Of a stretch of DNA of 64,000 nucleotides, positions 30,989-44,142 are shown piece by piece; position 1 is the first letter of the stretch, and each line of letters starts with the position of its first letter. This DNA is from Octopus vulgaris (taxonomy: Eukaryota): positions 12,710,001 through 12,774,000 of the forward strand of contig OX597815.1 in the NCBI GenBank assembly GCA_951406725.2, read 5' to 3'. The position numbers and the translations under genes were made by a program. The notes under the pieces are model-generated. The model was not told where the DNA came from. It saw nothing but the letters and a program-made list of their open reading frames with translations, and made no database searches.

Positions 30989-31360
30989 TGCAGCAGCCGA
31001 TCCGCTATTGAATGCCCGTTGCACGCCCACTGCAGAAGATTTAACGTTCTATACAAATTCATATTGCACAGCATATTGCATAACTACTATATCGGTTCTA
31101 CTATTGATATTAAACAAAGATATTCTGCACATATAAACTCATTTAAGTAGGAGAAGAGCATGACAAGTCTACCTCTCTACCCAACCATATGCACCATCTA
31201 AGAAATAGAAAGGTAACATGGAGGATATCCTGGACCATAATGTATTCTGGAGTCGCATACCAAGGCCAGGGATCAACTTGAGGTCTATGCCTAAAAGAAG
31301 CCTTCCAAATATTATAATACATAATTCACAACAATTACTAAATAAACAAAAACGAAAATT
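30989..31360 (+). mobile_element. Penelope-like element GIY-YIG endonuclease remnant
   Basis: CSSRSAIECPLHAHCRRFNVLYK..YYIGSTIDIKQRYSAHINSFK*, then after frameshifts STSLPNHMHHL..*GLCLKEAFQIL..LLNK; matches the Penelope-type endonuclease layout. Confidence 0.8.
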
Positions 31361-31458
31361 TGTCTACAATTTGGCCTCGATTGTATCACAGCTCGAAATA
31401 TGACTATAGATCTAAATGCATAGAAAATTAACACGCATAACATATTCATCCACGGTGT

Positions 31459-31534
<76 letters not shown>

Positions 31535-31553
31535 CATTATATACATACATATA

Positions 31554-31594
<41 letters not shown>

Positions 31595-31645
31595 ATTATT
31601 ATTATTATTTATATATATATATGTATGTTTTTATTTATGTATGTA

Positions 31646-31702
31646 TTTTTTATTTTATCTAGTTTCAACTCACGAGCTGTTGCCATGCTGGGGCACCGCC
31701 AT
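31646..31702 (-). mobile_element. Solo retro-tail, same type as the tail fused to 5S rRNA
   Basis: Minus strand atggcggtgccccagcatggcaacagctcgtgagttgaaactagataaaataaaaaa. Confidence 0.75.
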
Positions 31703-31712
31703 GTATAGTAAT

Positions 31713-31868
31713 TAAGAGCGTTACTATACATAAATGCCTCACACTAGGAAGAGCTCTTAAATTCAAAACTACGATAATAAACACATTTTGTACAAAATTT
31801 TTATTATGGTAGTTTTGATTTGAAGAGTCCCTCCTAGCGTGAGGCATTTACGTATAGTAATGCCCTTA
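31713..31868. repeat. Imperfect ~155-bp palindrome
   Basis: ttactatacataaatgcctcacactagga pairs with tcctagcgtgaggcatttacgtatagtaa; centre near ttttgtacaaaa. Confidence 0.85.
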
Positions 31869-33094
31869 GTATAAATAAATATATTTAAAGGGAATAATTA
31901 ATAAATTTTTCCCTTATGAGGTCTTTCACGCTACTTCATGATTTCTTAAAACGATTTTATCCTATTTAAAATTATATATGACTATAATTAAATAGGTGTG
32001 ATATTCGTGTATGAGAATCATGGTGGAGGTACCCTTATGTGCATATATGTATGTGTATATATGTATTATATATCTCTCTAGTTGCATGTGTGTATGTATG
32101 TACGTATGTATGTATATGTGTGTGTATAATCTCTTTTTCCTTTACTTCTGTATCAACATAAATATCTTAGAAATTAGCTAATTTCAACTTAATAATTTAA
32201 AATTTTTATAGTTGTTTAGATTTTAGTTTTTTTTAGTTTGTAATTTTAAGTTTTAGTTTCAAATTTAAATTTTGATTTTAATTTGGAATTTTTATTCTAA
32301 TTCTTAATACTTTTTGTCATATCTTTTAATGGCTATTAAGCTTGAAATTCTATTTTCAAAATCTGCAGTAAACTATTGTCGTTATAACCTTACCTAGATT
32401 GGTCTTCCACTCCCACTCTACTGAAACTTTAACACTTGGCCCTAACCCCCATACAATACTGACACATCTATATCATCAACTTTACTATTATTTATTTCAT
32501 CATTTTATATTTTACTTATATCATTATTTTTTTACCGTGCTATCTCCATATTATTTTTTTTATTCCCTTTCTCCTCTCTCTCTCTCCCCCTCTCTCTCTT
32601 TCTCCTGTGTCCCATACACAAAATGCTCACAAAACGCGTTTATGACAAATCTGTCATTACCTTTTCATTTATTTTATTATTTTTATTATATATTTATTTA
32701 TAGTTTTACTTATTTTGATTTTATTTGTATTTTATACCCTTTTACCTCTATCTTCTTTTCTAATACTTTCTCATATCCCTCATCCTCTATTTCACCTCCC
32801 TCTCTCTCTCCCTCTCTCTCTTTCTCTCATACACCCATTCAGAAAATCAAGTTATGTCCATCATATTCTCTCGCATTATAAACATTTATAATATGAATGC
32901 ATTATTCAGAAAACTGCCAAAATACTGCTTCGATATACTTGGGATTTTAACAAGAAACCTGTACCTTCATGGAAGTACTTATCAAAATCCATATCCTTCT
33001 TTTACTTTTTATTCATCTATATTATTCCTTATAAACTGTGAATTGTATTGCTTCTAAACTGTAAATTATCCTCATCTTAAATTATTCATACCTT

Positions 33095-33170
33095 GTCTCA
33101 GATGACGGAATATCATGTGCACGGAGATGCAAACCTACCACTTGGCTTATCCCAGAAACGGCTGTAAGCC
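33095..33170 (+). ncRNA. Degenerate type I hammerhead-like motif downstream of the Penelope remnant
   Basis: GTCT-CAGATGA-cggaata..tatccca-GAAAC-GGCT-GTA-AGCC; same layout as 59168-59222; core mutated. Confidence 0.55.
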
Positions 33171-33252
33171 TGCACATTCACCTCATCCTAATTAAATTAT
33201 TTCTCGTTCTGCCCCCATTTTCATTGTTTCCTCCAATATAATATAATATATC

Positions 33253-33927
33253 GGCGGAGGAGTGGCTGTACGGTAAGGAGCTTGATTATAAACCACATGT
33301 TTCGGGTTCAGTCCCACTGCGTGACACCTTGGGCAGGTGTCTTCTACTATAGCGTAGGATGTACCACAGCCTTGTCAGTATATTTGGTAGGCGGAAACTG
33401 AAAGAAGCCCGTCGTATGTACGTACATATATACATACCTATCTAATAAAAAAAGCAAGAGATATCAAGTAGTGATGCTGTACGACCGTTTCAAGCGGCTC
33501 CATTTAATTGAACAATGCAATCATTACATCAATAAAAATGCAGCGCTATCATCAGCTGCACAAATAAATAGAATTTTAATCAGTCGGACACATTAATGTA
33601 ATTTTTCTCAAATACTTTAAAGGAACAAAAAGATGGCAGAAATCCATGTTCTCGCTATTGTAGCTAAGAATATACTACACTTCCAAGAAAGGGTCTTAAC
33701 TTGTAAAAGATTGTGGTCCATGATAGCCCTACATATAAATTAATGTAATGATTGCATTGTTCAATTAAATGGAGCCGCTTGAAACGATCGTACTGCATCA
33801 CTTCTTGATATCCTCTTGCTTAGTTTAATTTTATTCACCTTACTTCGAGCTGTGCAGATAATACCGGACTGATTTGGTGCTTCAACTAAAGTACCTAATT
33901 CAATTGAATCTCAATTATGTCTCATAT

Positions 33928-33992
<65 letters not shown>

Positions 33993-34225
33993 CACACATA
34001 CATGTGTGTGTATGTCAGCTTGTGTGTCTGCGTTTGTCCACCCAAATTCGCCCGACAACCGATGCTGGTGCGTTTCAGTCCCCGTAACTTCGCAGTTCAG
34101 CAAAAGTGACCGATAGAATAACTACTAGGCTATCAACAAATAAGTCATGGGGTCAATTTTCTCGACTAAAGGCAGTGCTCCAGCTTGCCCGCTGTAAAAT
34201 AACTGAAACAAGTAAAAGAATAGAA
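33253..34225 (+). mobile_element. SINE family A split by an insertion in its central TA repeat
   Basis: 5' half at 33253-33416 and 3' half at about 34000-34225 flank a foreign ~490-bp segment. Confidence 0.8.
33452..33821. mobile_element. MITE/fold-back element with ~100-bp inverted repeats
   Basis: aagcaagagatatcaag..gaccgtttcaagcggctccatttaattgaacaatgcaatcattacat and its reverse complement at about 33743-33821; partial second copy at 38188-38418. Confidence 0.85.
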
Positions 34226-34249
34226 AGAATATATATATTTATTATTGCA

Positions 34250-34490
34250 TTGTTTTATTGTTTCTCTTATTTGACTGCCTCCATGATGAAGCACCACCTT
34301 TACATGCACAAATATATATATATAAATTTGACGGGATTCCCTCAGTTTCCATCTACCAAATCCACTCACGGGACTTTGGTTCAACTGAAGCTAGAGTAGA
34401 ACACACTTGCCGAAGATGTCACGCAATGTGACTGAACCCGTAACCATGTATTTTGGAAGTAAGATTCTTACCACACAGCCACTCCTTTTA
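34250..34490 (-). mobile_element. SINE family A, internally deleted
   Basis: Tail and head segments recognisable on the minus strand. Confidence 0.7.
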
Positions 34491-34860
34491 TGCTTTTATT
34501 TTTTCATACGTTTCAGCCAGGGGGAAGCTGTGATAGTGGAGTACCACCGTGGTTTATCTGACTTCTTCAGAGTGGGTTGTTTCACCTCACCACTCCGTAT
34601 TTGTCTTTGACCCACCTCTTGGGCCCATTTGATGTACAAGGGAAGTTGATTCTGCTGTCCTCGGCTGCACCTCATGTCAGGCCATTGGTTCATCCGGTAT
34701 TGTGAAAGAGGAGGGTGTGTATTTCGTTTCTAAAATCGTATGAAGATTTCGTAGTTTTTGTGGCAGGTCATTGGAAAGCTTTTGCTATTTGAACCCTAGA
34801 CTATTGCTGTAACTGGTCCTGAATTTAAATGGAATGGATGGTACATTTGGTACAGTACGA

Positions 34861-34938
<78 letters not shown>

Positions 34939-34940
34939 CA

Positions 34941-35185
34941 TTCGGTAGTTTTATTTTTATAGCGTGCTTTCACTTCACTACCGAGCGCAGCTCTCTGTGC
35001 CTTGGGTATGTGCTGTGATTTGTTGTGATGCTCTGATGGTTATTGTATGGAAAGTGTTCTGCGTAGGATGTGTGCAATGCCTAGTAGTGCAATTTTCTGT
35101 ATGTTATATGTGTTTGTAAGTCCTGGTGTTTTTGTTATGTATTTGTCTGAATATTTTTTTATCATGCCTAATGCACCTACTATGA

Positions 35186-35186
<1 letters not shown>
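34941..35186 (-). mobile_element. R4/Dong-like 3' end in (TAA)n
   Basis: IIVGALGMIKKYSDKYITKTPGLTNIYNIQKIALLGIAHILRRTLSIQ* plus UTR. Confidence 0.82.
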
Positions 35187-35246
<60 letters not shown>

Positions 35247-35261
35247 GTTATTATTATTATT

Positions 35262-35447
35262 CTATGTTTGACTTTTGCTTTACATTTGTACAGGTTGGCT
35301 CCAAGTCTCATCCAGAGACTTCAAGAGACAACAAGTTGGAAGTTCACGTTGTTGTTATGCCTTGGGCGCCATATATTTGGTTTTGTATTTAGTGTTGTAC
35401 TAGTGAATGTCTATAAAAAAATATGCTTGTTTTAAAACTTGAGATTA

Positions 35448-35504
<57 letters not shown>

Positions 35505-35939
35505 GTGAGAAAATACATGCCATCAAAGTAACACAGGGGTACAAATATACCAAGACCCGTATACCCGGTCGTGACTACCAATCTGATATAGGTATAACAC
35601 GCACATGCCTCACCACCGTATGAACACGACATGGGGATCTCATATCAAGGTAACCTGTGCATGACATTCAATTTGGGGCCCAGTCAGATTTTTCTTCAGG
35701 ACGAGTAGCCCATCCCGCTCAAAAGGTCCCCGAGTAAGATTTGTTTAAGGATGTTAAACAAAACACCCTTGTTTCTATGGATGAATTATTTAACCATTAA
35801 GAACTCCTCCCCTACTTCTATTTGTCATCAGAAATGTAAGACATCATCGGACGCTAAGATACAAGCACAACTGGTGAAGGTCAAGCAAATCTGTAGTATT
35901 TAGGAAAATATTTGCTGAAGCTCATCTTTTCTGTTGTTG

Positions 35940-35979
<40 letters not shown>

Positions 35980-36385
35980 CATTATCATAATCGTTGTTGT
36001 AGTTGTTGTTGTTGTTATTATTATTAATATTACTATTATTACTATTATTATTATTATTATTATTATTGTTGTTGTTATTATTATTATTATTATTATTATT
36101 GAGTGAGAGCGCAGTTCATGCCATCAAAGTGACATTGGGGTAAAACATACGAAGCCCAATATACCCATCATGACTACCCGTCTGATAAGGGTACACCAGG
36201 CACATGCATCACAACCATATGTGCGCCACATGGTGATCTCATATCAAGATAAACAGCGCATGACCTTGCCATTAAGTGTCATGCTCAACTGGTTAAGGTC
36301 AAGCAACTGACAAGCAAATCTGTGGTATTGAGCAGAATATTTGCTGTAGCCCATCTTTTATACCAAGACAAAACAATATACATGA
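35262..36385 (-). mobile_element. Nested (TAA)n-associated retro-fragments (35262-35447, 35504-35930, 36101-36385)
   Basis: Homologous to 26712-26800 and 9508-9860; separated by (TTA)n. Confidence 0.75.
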
Positions 36386-36387
36386 TA

Positions 36388-36448
<61 letters not shown>

Positions 36449-37305
36449 TTTTGACTGTTGCTTTCTTTTTACAAGTTGACCCACTCAGAGACGGCGAGAG
36501 ACAACGGGTGAGGTCATGCTGGTGTTATGCCTAGGATGTCATATATTCGGTTTTGCACATAGTATTGTTCCAGAGAATGTTTAAGAAAACAAGAAATTTA
36601 TGAGTTTGTTTTACATTTTGAAATTACATAGCATTTTCCATAGGATATGGGCAGTTCCATGAGTAGTATATTTTGAATTTCTGCCATTTTGTGATTACCT
36701 CGTATCTGAGGTAGGTAGGAATCAATACCTTTTGCTATCATTCCTAGGGCACATGTGACAATATGTATTGTTTTATTTTGAGGTTCCACACTTTGATAAT
36801 TTCTATTTCAAGATCCTTATACTTGCTCAGTTTTGGTAAGTTTTGACAGGTAAATTTATGTCGATTGGCACAGTCATATCAACGAGGAGGCATGAGCTTT
36901 GTGTGATGACTTTCAATATAATTTCTGGCCCCTTCGCACCTGTCTTTCTGCCAGCTTGAATGGCGAAGTTCTAGAAGAGCGAGATGTGATTCTTTTCAAG
37001 CAATGGAAGTGGTTTGTGTTCCAACCAGTTTTTCTGATGAGACAGGTGCAGATTTTCGTAAAACACGCAATGAATATTTTGTGCTGCTCTATCATGCATG
37101 TTGAGATTCTCAGTAGGCGCAAGAAGAATGCACATGGAGACAACATGATCAATGGTTTCATTTTGTTGTGGACATACACGAAAACACTGACTATTAATGG
37201 GTAAGAGCTTTGTCAACATCTACTCTTTTTACCCCATACAGTCGTGAAGATTTTCGCAGATGCATAGTGGAGGTGGTTGAGATCTGTAATATCAACATCA
37301 TTAGC
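36449..37305 (-). mobile_element. R4/Dong-like remnant (zinc knuckle plus endonuclease region)
   Basis: FRVCPQQNETIDHVVSMC..MHDRAAQNIH..CLLVDMTVPID..CALGMIAKG..IQNILL, with stops and frameshifts. Confidence 0.82.
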
Positions 37306-37439
37306 TGAATAATTGTGGTTCACAAGTTTTCTTTAAAATTCTTCTTCTTCTTCTTCTTTTTTCTTCTTTTTCTTCTTCTTATTCTCCTTCTTCTCATTCT
37401 TCTTCTTCTTCTTCTTCTTCTTCTTCTTCTTCTTCTCCA

Positions 37440-37541
<102 letters not shown>

Positions 37542-38187
37542 GATTTTTACTACTATTATGATTATGTGTATCATCACCATCATCATCCACGTCCTTCTCC
37601 TCCCACCCCTCTTCCTCTTCTTCCTCCTCCTCCTCCTCCTCATCTTAATCATCATCATTATTATTATTCCTGCCTAGACGTGGACAGCACTTTTTCGTAG
37701 TTCATAAATTTTCTTAAAATTTTCTTTTTAGTTTGGATTCTAGATTGTGTTGAACTCTTAACTAAATAAACCGTCTAACCGGGAGTGGGTAGAGATATTT
37801 TTACGATAATTCGCTTTTTGAAGTGAAGTGTTTGATCAAAATTGCAAATTTAATGTTTTATAGCGAAAAATATCAATAAGGCTTCCCAAATCAAGGGAAG
37901 GCTGGGCTGCTGGAACAGCCGCTTTGAGATTGTTTTCCTACCACTTTTTTGTTGTGGTCGAAAGATCGAGTTCGGACAGCAGCAGCATCAACAAGAACAG
38001 CAACAACAACGAAAGCAAGAAATAGGAACAAAAGCAGCAGTAACAGCGATGAACGAGTTATATTTCAAAACGCTATAAGAACAACGTCTAACATGGTTGG
38101 CTTTGCCTTTCATAAGTCCCGTTTGAGTACTGGAGTCAAGGAAATCGACTGGCCTTCTCTCTCAGAACTTCAGGCCTTGTGCGAGCA

Positions 38188-38418
38188 GTAGAAATGATGC
38201 AATACGACCGTTTCAAGCGGCTTCATTTAATTGAACAATGCAATCATTACATTAATTTAAATGTAGAGCTATCATGGACCACGATCTTTCAGAAATTAAG
38301 ACCCTTTCTTGGAAGTGTAGTATATTCTTAGTTACAATTGCGAGAACATGGTTTTCTGCCATCTTTTTGTTCCTTTAAAGTATTTGAGAAAAATTACATT
38401 AAAATGTCCGACTGATTA
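38188..38418 (-). mobile_element. Partial copy of the 33452-33821 element
   Basis: Reverse-complement match to about 33575-33805. Confidence 0.85.
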
Positions 38419-38624
38419 TTATTAGTAAATTTAGTAAATAAATAATGGCCGTTTCAAATTGTGGCACAACAAGCAATCTCCATAGAGTGAGATTAGTCGA
38501 TTACTTTAGCCGCAGTATATGGCGCAATTTCAACCAAGAAACAAGCATAGCAGGAAACAATGTCACGAGTCGTTTTATCTGACATGCTAAAGATTCTACC
38601 AAAATTGATAATAAACCTGTTTAA

Positions 38625-39232
38625 CCCATTAGCATTCAGATTAATCTGTCAAATGTAAAGCCTGTTTAATTACATTGTTTTAAATTAATTGTGGATGGAA
38701 GCACTCCGTCGGTTACGACGACGAGGGTTCCGGTTGATCCGAATCACACGGAACAGCCTGCTCGTGAAATTAACGTGTAAGTGGCTGAGCACTCCACAGA
38801 CACGTGTACCCTTAACGTAGTTCTCGGGGATATTCAGCGTGACACAGAGAGTGACAAGGCCGGCCCTTTGAAATACAGGTACAACAGAAACAGGAAGTAA
38901 GAGTGAGAGAAAGTTGTCGTGAAAGAGTACAGCAGGGATCACCACCATCCCCTCGTGGAGCTTTTGGTATTTTCGCTCAATAAATACTCACAACGCCCGG
39001 TCTGGGAATCGAAACCGCGATCATATGACCGCGAGTCCGCTGCCCTAACCACTGGGCCATTGCGCCTCCAACTTAATTGTACCGCATCTTGTAACTGAGT
39101 GATTTTGATGATCTCCCTGTTTATTTTTAGAATGACTTTGTAAGGTAGGTGTGAGAGGTCAGAGCTAGCTGATTTGAGCATAAAACAGGGAGACAATGTT
39201 GGTCTGGTATGGCCGGTTTAAACAGTAAAGGG
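38625..39232. mobile_element. piggyBac-like MITE interrupted by SINE C
   Basis: TTAA|CCCattagcattcag ... aaacagtaaaGGG|TTAA termini. Confidence 0.7.
38693..39072 (-). mobile_element. tRNA-derived SINE family C, full length, with 8-bp TSD TTAATTGT
   Basis: Head ggaggcgcaatggcccagtggttagggcagcggactcgcg..ggtttcgattccc; TSD at 38685-38692 and 39073-39080. Confidence 0.9.
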
Positions 39233-39533
39233 TTAAATAAATGACACCATTCTGTTTTTGTTTTTTGTTTTTTGTAATGAATCCTCCATTTCCAAGAATG
39301 TAACACGTACATACACACACGCGCATATACACACGCTTACAATACCTGCACGCATGCACGCACACACACATACACGCACACACACGCACATCTGTAAGTA
39401 CATGTATAAACACGTAAATATACGTGTATATGTATATGCACATACACATGTAAGAGCATATATGCACATATGTAGGTATACATAAATGCACACACATATA
39501 CCCACATATACACATACATATATACATAATACT

Positions 39534-39565
<32 letters not shown>

Positions 39566-39929
39566 CACAAACACACACGCACGCGCACACACGCACACAC
39601 ACACTTATGTAAACACACATATAAACAAATATATGTTTCTGTGTGTGTGTGTACGTATTTATGCTTAAGTTCATGAACACAATCAACTACCTCTGTGCCC
39701 ATCCGCACAACTTCAATCTCTGAAAGCGTTCCATAATTCTATAAGCATACAATGCATACACACTCAAAAAATATATGAACTGACACTGTTTGCTACGCAC
39801 AGCATCGGAGCATTTAATAAATTACAGTTAAAAAATATAAGGAAAATGCAGCGAATAAGTGAGTTGATGATATATCAGGAAATTAAATGGATTAATTTAA
39901 GAAGTTGTTGCGGCTGCGAATACTATAAA

Positions 39930-40700
39930 GAATGAATTTTCTCTTACAAGAAGTTACCGCTTCACTAAATCTGGCATATTGGACTGTTTATAAGTTGTAG
40001 GCGTTATATGAATGCATAAATGACTTTAAGCTGTGTTATTAAGATTATCTTGGCGGAAATGTTTCCATAAATTTCTTTGCAAAGTTCATGCCATTTGTTT
40101 TTTTTCTGCTTTAAAAGCTTGATCTGTGATTGCATGCAATCGATTTGTTTTTAGATTGCGGGTGGTGTCTAAATATATAAGTGGGTGAAATGTATGTATA
40201 TTACAAAGTGTTGGAAAGTATTTCTGTAGAGGGGTTTTTGAGTTGCATTTTTCCTGTTCGTTCACTTTTAGATGTCTTTCGTTGTTAAGTACTTGCTATT
40301 GAGTGAACAAATATTTCTTTTGGCACAGTTACTATGTTTGATGGAAATGTGCTTATTATTTTCTGTGATCTAGTGAAGGAGTCTAATCTCTCGTCAAAAT
40401 AACGAAATGTTAATGGTATTTCTGTTTAAGATTCATAATAATTATGCTGTGGTAAGGGAAATATTTTGCAAGTAAATAGAAAAATATTTGGAGACGGTTT
40501 AGTTCAAAGAGTTTTATATTTCTTTACTTGTGTGTGACTGGGTTTAGCTTATAGTTTGTTATATTTCTTTCTCTGTGTGTGAGGTTTAGTAGTGCGTTCT
40601 TTACAACAACTTTTTTTTACATGCACTTTTATAAAATGTCACATTTTTAGCAATGTGTTGGTTATTTTTGCGGCTAGTGTTGATAATTCTGCGTGCTTGT
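39930..40700 (-). mobile_element. Possible very old LINE reverse-transcriptase C-terminal relic
   Basis: Frameshifted minus-strand pieces (LIYLDTT..HAITDQAFKAEKK..YGNISAKIIL..YNSPIC) resemble the post-RT region of APE-type LINEs; weak. Confidence 0.3.
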
Positions 40701-40790
40701 GGCTTAGCTCTGAGTTCCGTGTAAGAATTTCATTAATTCACTTTTGAATAATACCAAACTGTAGCAATGCCTGAGTGAGTGACTGTAGAG

Positions 40791-41037
40791 CAGTGTTTCT
40801 CAACAATGGACCCCTTTGATTTCTGTCTTACTCGAATGAACTATCTTAGCAATTCAATATTTTAAAAAACATATTATATTTTCAGAATTAAATATTATAA
40901 TGAACTGTTTAAAAATGTTTTTTTTTTATTAAAATATCTTGCGTATTGTAAAATATCAGTGTGTTGCTGATAAAGGTTATCAACTAAATTTTATTGGAAC
41001 CCACAAGGGCCATATCGACGTCTGTTCAGAACCACTA
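40791..41037. mobile_element. hAT/Charlie-like MITE
   Basis: TIR cagtgtttctcaac / gttcagaaccacta; left flank ctgtagag fits the Charlie-type target; right TSD decayed. Confidence 0.65.
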
Positions 41038-41126
41038 CTGAACCGTTTGCAGGATACTGGATATTTGACAATGTTCTTAAACTGTTTTAGATTAATGTGA
41101 ATATTGCTTAACATTACATTTAGAGA

Positions 41127-41490
41127 AGGCGGCGAGCTGGCAGAAACATTAGCACACCGGGTGAATGCGTAGCTGTATTTTACCTGCTGTTACGTTCTGA
41201 GTTCAAATTCCGCCGGGGTCGACTTTGCCTTTCATCCTTTCGGGGTCGATAAATTAAGTACCAGTTACGCACTGGGGTCGATGTAATCGACTTAATCCCT
41301 TTGTCCTTGTTTGTCCTCTCTGTGTGTAGCCCCTTGTGAGTAGTAAAGAAATAGATATATTGTCCATCTTTAAGTTCAGGGTTGAAATTCTGTTGAGGTC
41401 GACTTCGCTTTTCATATTTTCAGAGTCGATAACATAAGTACCAGTTGAACCCTGGAGTCTAACCAGCTGACCTTGTGCCAAAATTTAAAA
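41127..41490 (+). mobile_element. Young SINE B (alternative tail) abutting an old diverged SINE B body
   Basis: Clean copy ends agtaaagaaata at about 41352, then gatatattgtccatctttaagttcagggttgaaattctgttgaggtcgac (decayed B). Confidence 0.85.
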
Positions 41491-41931
41491 CCGATATTTG
41501 ATTTAGAGGGCAGTACAAGTGTAAAAATGGGTACCAGTGAACCTATGGCGTACTTCGATTTGGAAACTTATCACAGTTTGTAAATAAAGATGTGCTATTT
41601 AATGTGTTAGCCAGTCTCTGTTCTCTTGTCTCTTGTGTATTCCTCGTCTAGTTCTTTCTTATATTATTTCGTTCATTTTCACTATTAGCATCATTTATAT
41701 TTTTATCTGTTTAAATTTTTATGTTTTTTCTTTCATGTCTAGTTTTCATATTTTTCATATATCGTATTTATTTTTACTCTTAATATTTTATATTTTTTTA
41801 TGCTGCTATTCCGATTCGTCATCAATAACTACAAAAATATAGATCTGCAGCTGCTAACCATAACCCACAGCATTTATTTGTAGACATAAATTTACATACT
41901 TGCATGTGAATGTATATTATATGTCTCTCTC

Positions 41932-41969
<38 letters not shown>

Positions 41970-41985
41970 TGTAATTATGTATGTA

Positions 41986-42016
<31 letters not shown>

Positions 42017-42488
42017 ATCTATGTATCAATATCTATATCTATATATATGTGCGTATTTATGCATGCATCTATTACTGTATGTCTGTCTATCTATCCCCCC
42101 ACCCCTCAGCATTATCTGTTCTCTTTTCAGACTCCACCCCCCTTACTCATTTCTGTGATTCGGCCAAAATAGCCCTATTGAATACAACCGGTTAAACGTC
42201 CTTGCTTAAATTCTTTTTTCTTCACACTCACTCATGTTTTTTTTCCTTCTTTTGATCCTAATTTCTCTCTACGTTTATATTTTCCACTCCTACTGTGCTC
42301 TCTACACATTCTGATTGTATCTTCAATGTATTAACCTGTACCTCCTTGCGATAATGTAAACTTTCATTTCATCAAAATATCCTTCGACTGAAGCGTAGCT
42401 TGGACATACATTTCGCTTGGATATTTACCACTTCCGAGGTTCCGCTCGCTATGAAACAAATGTAGGCCGGATCTTATCTATTCCAATT

Positions 42489-42534
<46 letters not shown>

Positions 42535-42541
<7 letters not shown>

Positions 42542-43051
42542 GATCCCCTTCGGTTATAAATGACCATGGGATTGCACCTAGAAAGTTACCCTCCAAGGCA
42601 CAAGTCTGGGCAAGGTTGTTTATGGAAGACCAGCAGATGGCCACGTGCATACCGGTCTTCCCTCTCCACGCCACCGATGTTACCCAAGGGACAAGCAAAG
42701 GCAAATACAGCTTGGCACCATTGACGTCGCAGCTCATTTACTAACATGCAAGTGGCTGAGCATTCCACAGACACATGTACCCTTAAAGTAGTTCTCGGGG
42801 AGACTCAGCGTGACACGGAGTGTGACAAAGCCGAACGACTGAAATACAGGTACAACAGAAACAGGAAAAAGAGTGAGAGAAAGTTGTGGTGAAAGAGTAC
42901 AGCAGGGTTCGCCACCGCCCCCTGCTGGAGCCTCGTGGAGCTTTAGGTGTTTTCGCTCAATAAACACTCACAATACCCGGTCTGGGAATCGAAACCGCGA
43001 TCCAACGACCGCCAATCCGCTGCCCTAAGCACTGAGCCATTGCGCCTCCAC
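42535..43051 (-). mobile_element. Chimeric SINE: family C 5' part plus family D-type 3' part
   Basis: 43051 to about 42740 matches family C; 42740-42535 matches the body of 13790-13925. Confidence 0.8.
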
Positions 43052-43179
43052 ACACGCACACACATATATGTAAATATTCTTCTCGTATATACGAAGATAT
43101 ATGTATGCACGTGTGTATGTAAGTATATCTGTGTGAGTGTATTGCGTGCGCGCCTGTGTTGGTAGGTAGGTCATACATA

Positions 43180-43220
<41 letters not shown>

Positions 43221-43698
43221 GCATCCATCCACACATACCGACCTACATACCTCCCAACACACAGGCACATGCACACACACAGATATATTTACATACGTAA
43301 ACACGAGTATACATAAATCTTCCTATATACGAGAAGAATAATAGTGTCTTTGCAGTAGTTTCATGTTTGCAAGCGAATTTTAAGAGAGCTATAGCATATC
43401 TAATTAAAATGTAGTTAGCTTTTTATAGATATATGACCTAGAGATAGCTCATAATAGTCTACAAATTACAAGAGAAGCTCATTAAAATAGTAAATTCTTA
43501 TTTCATTTCTAAACTGGTCACTGATGAATGAATGCTATACTGCAAAGAGTGGACAAGTCACTAGGAATTACGGTAAATATACACATACACTTACGTGCAT
43601 ACATAGAGGCATACGTACATGCATACATTCCTGCATACATACATACATACATACATACATACGTATATACATACATACATACATACATACATACGTAT

Positions 43699-43776
<78 letters not shown>

Positions 43777-44050
43777 GTAATTTAAATTTACAGAAGACGA
43801 AAGACGAAGACAGTTATAGCAAAAAGAGGAAAAGCGAACAGGAATATTAGCTTAACGATCAGGAGGAATGGAAAAGTCTTTTACGTTTCGAGCCTATGCT
43901 CTTCTACTGATAGGACTAAGAGGGGAAATGGGAGAGAAAATACTTTAGGATTGAAGTATCAACATGACGAAATAGGATGAAAAAGACTGAATAGAAGTAA
44001 AATAATGACGGTGACCCGGCCGAAAGAATTCATTCTCGATGTGTCCTGTG

Positions 44051-44139
<89 letters not shown>

Positions 44140-44142
<3 letters not shown>

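Noticed and set aside
42378-42472. Hammerhead-like CTGAAGC..GAAACAAATGTA
   Set aside because: Core A9 is missing and stem I pairs poorly; too degenerate to call.
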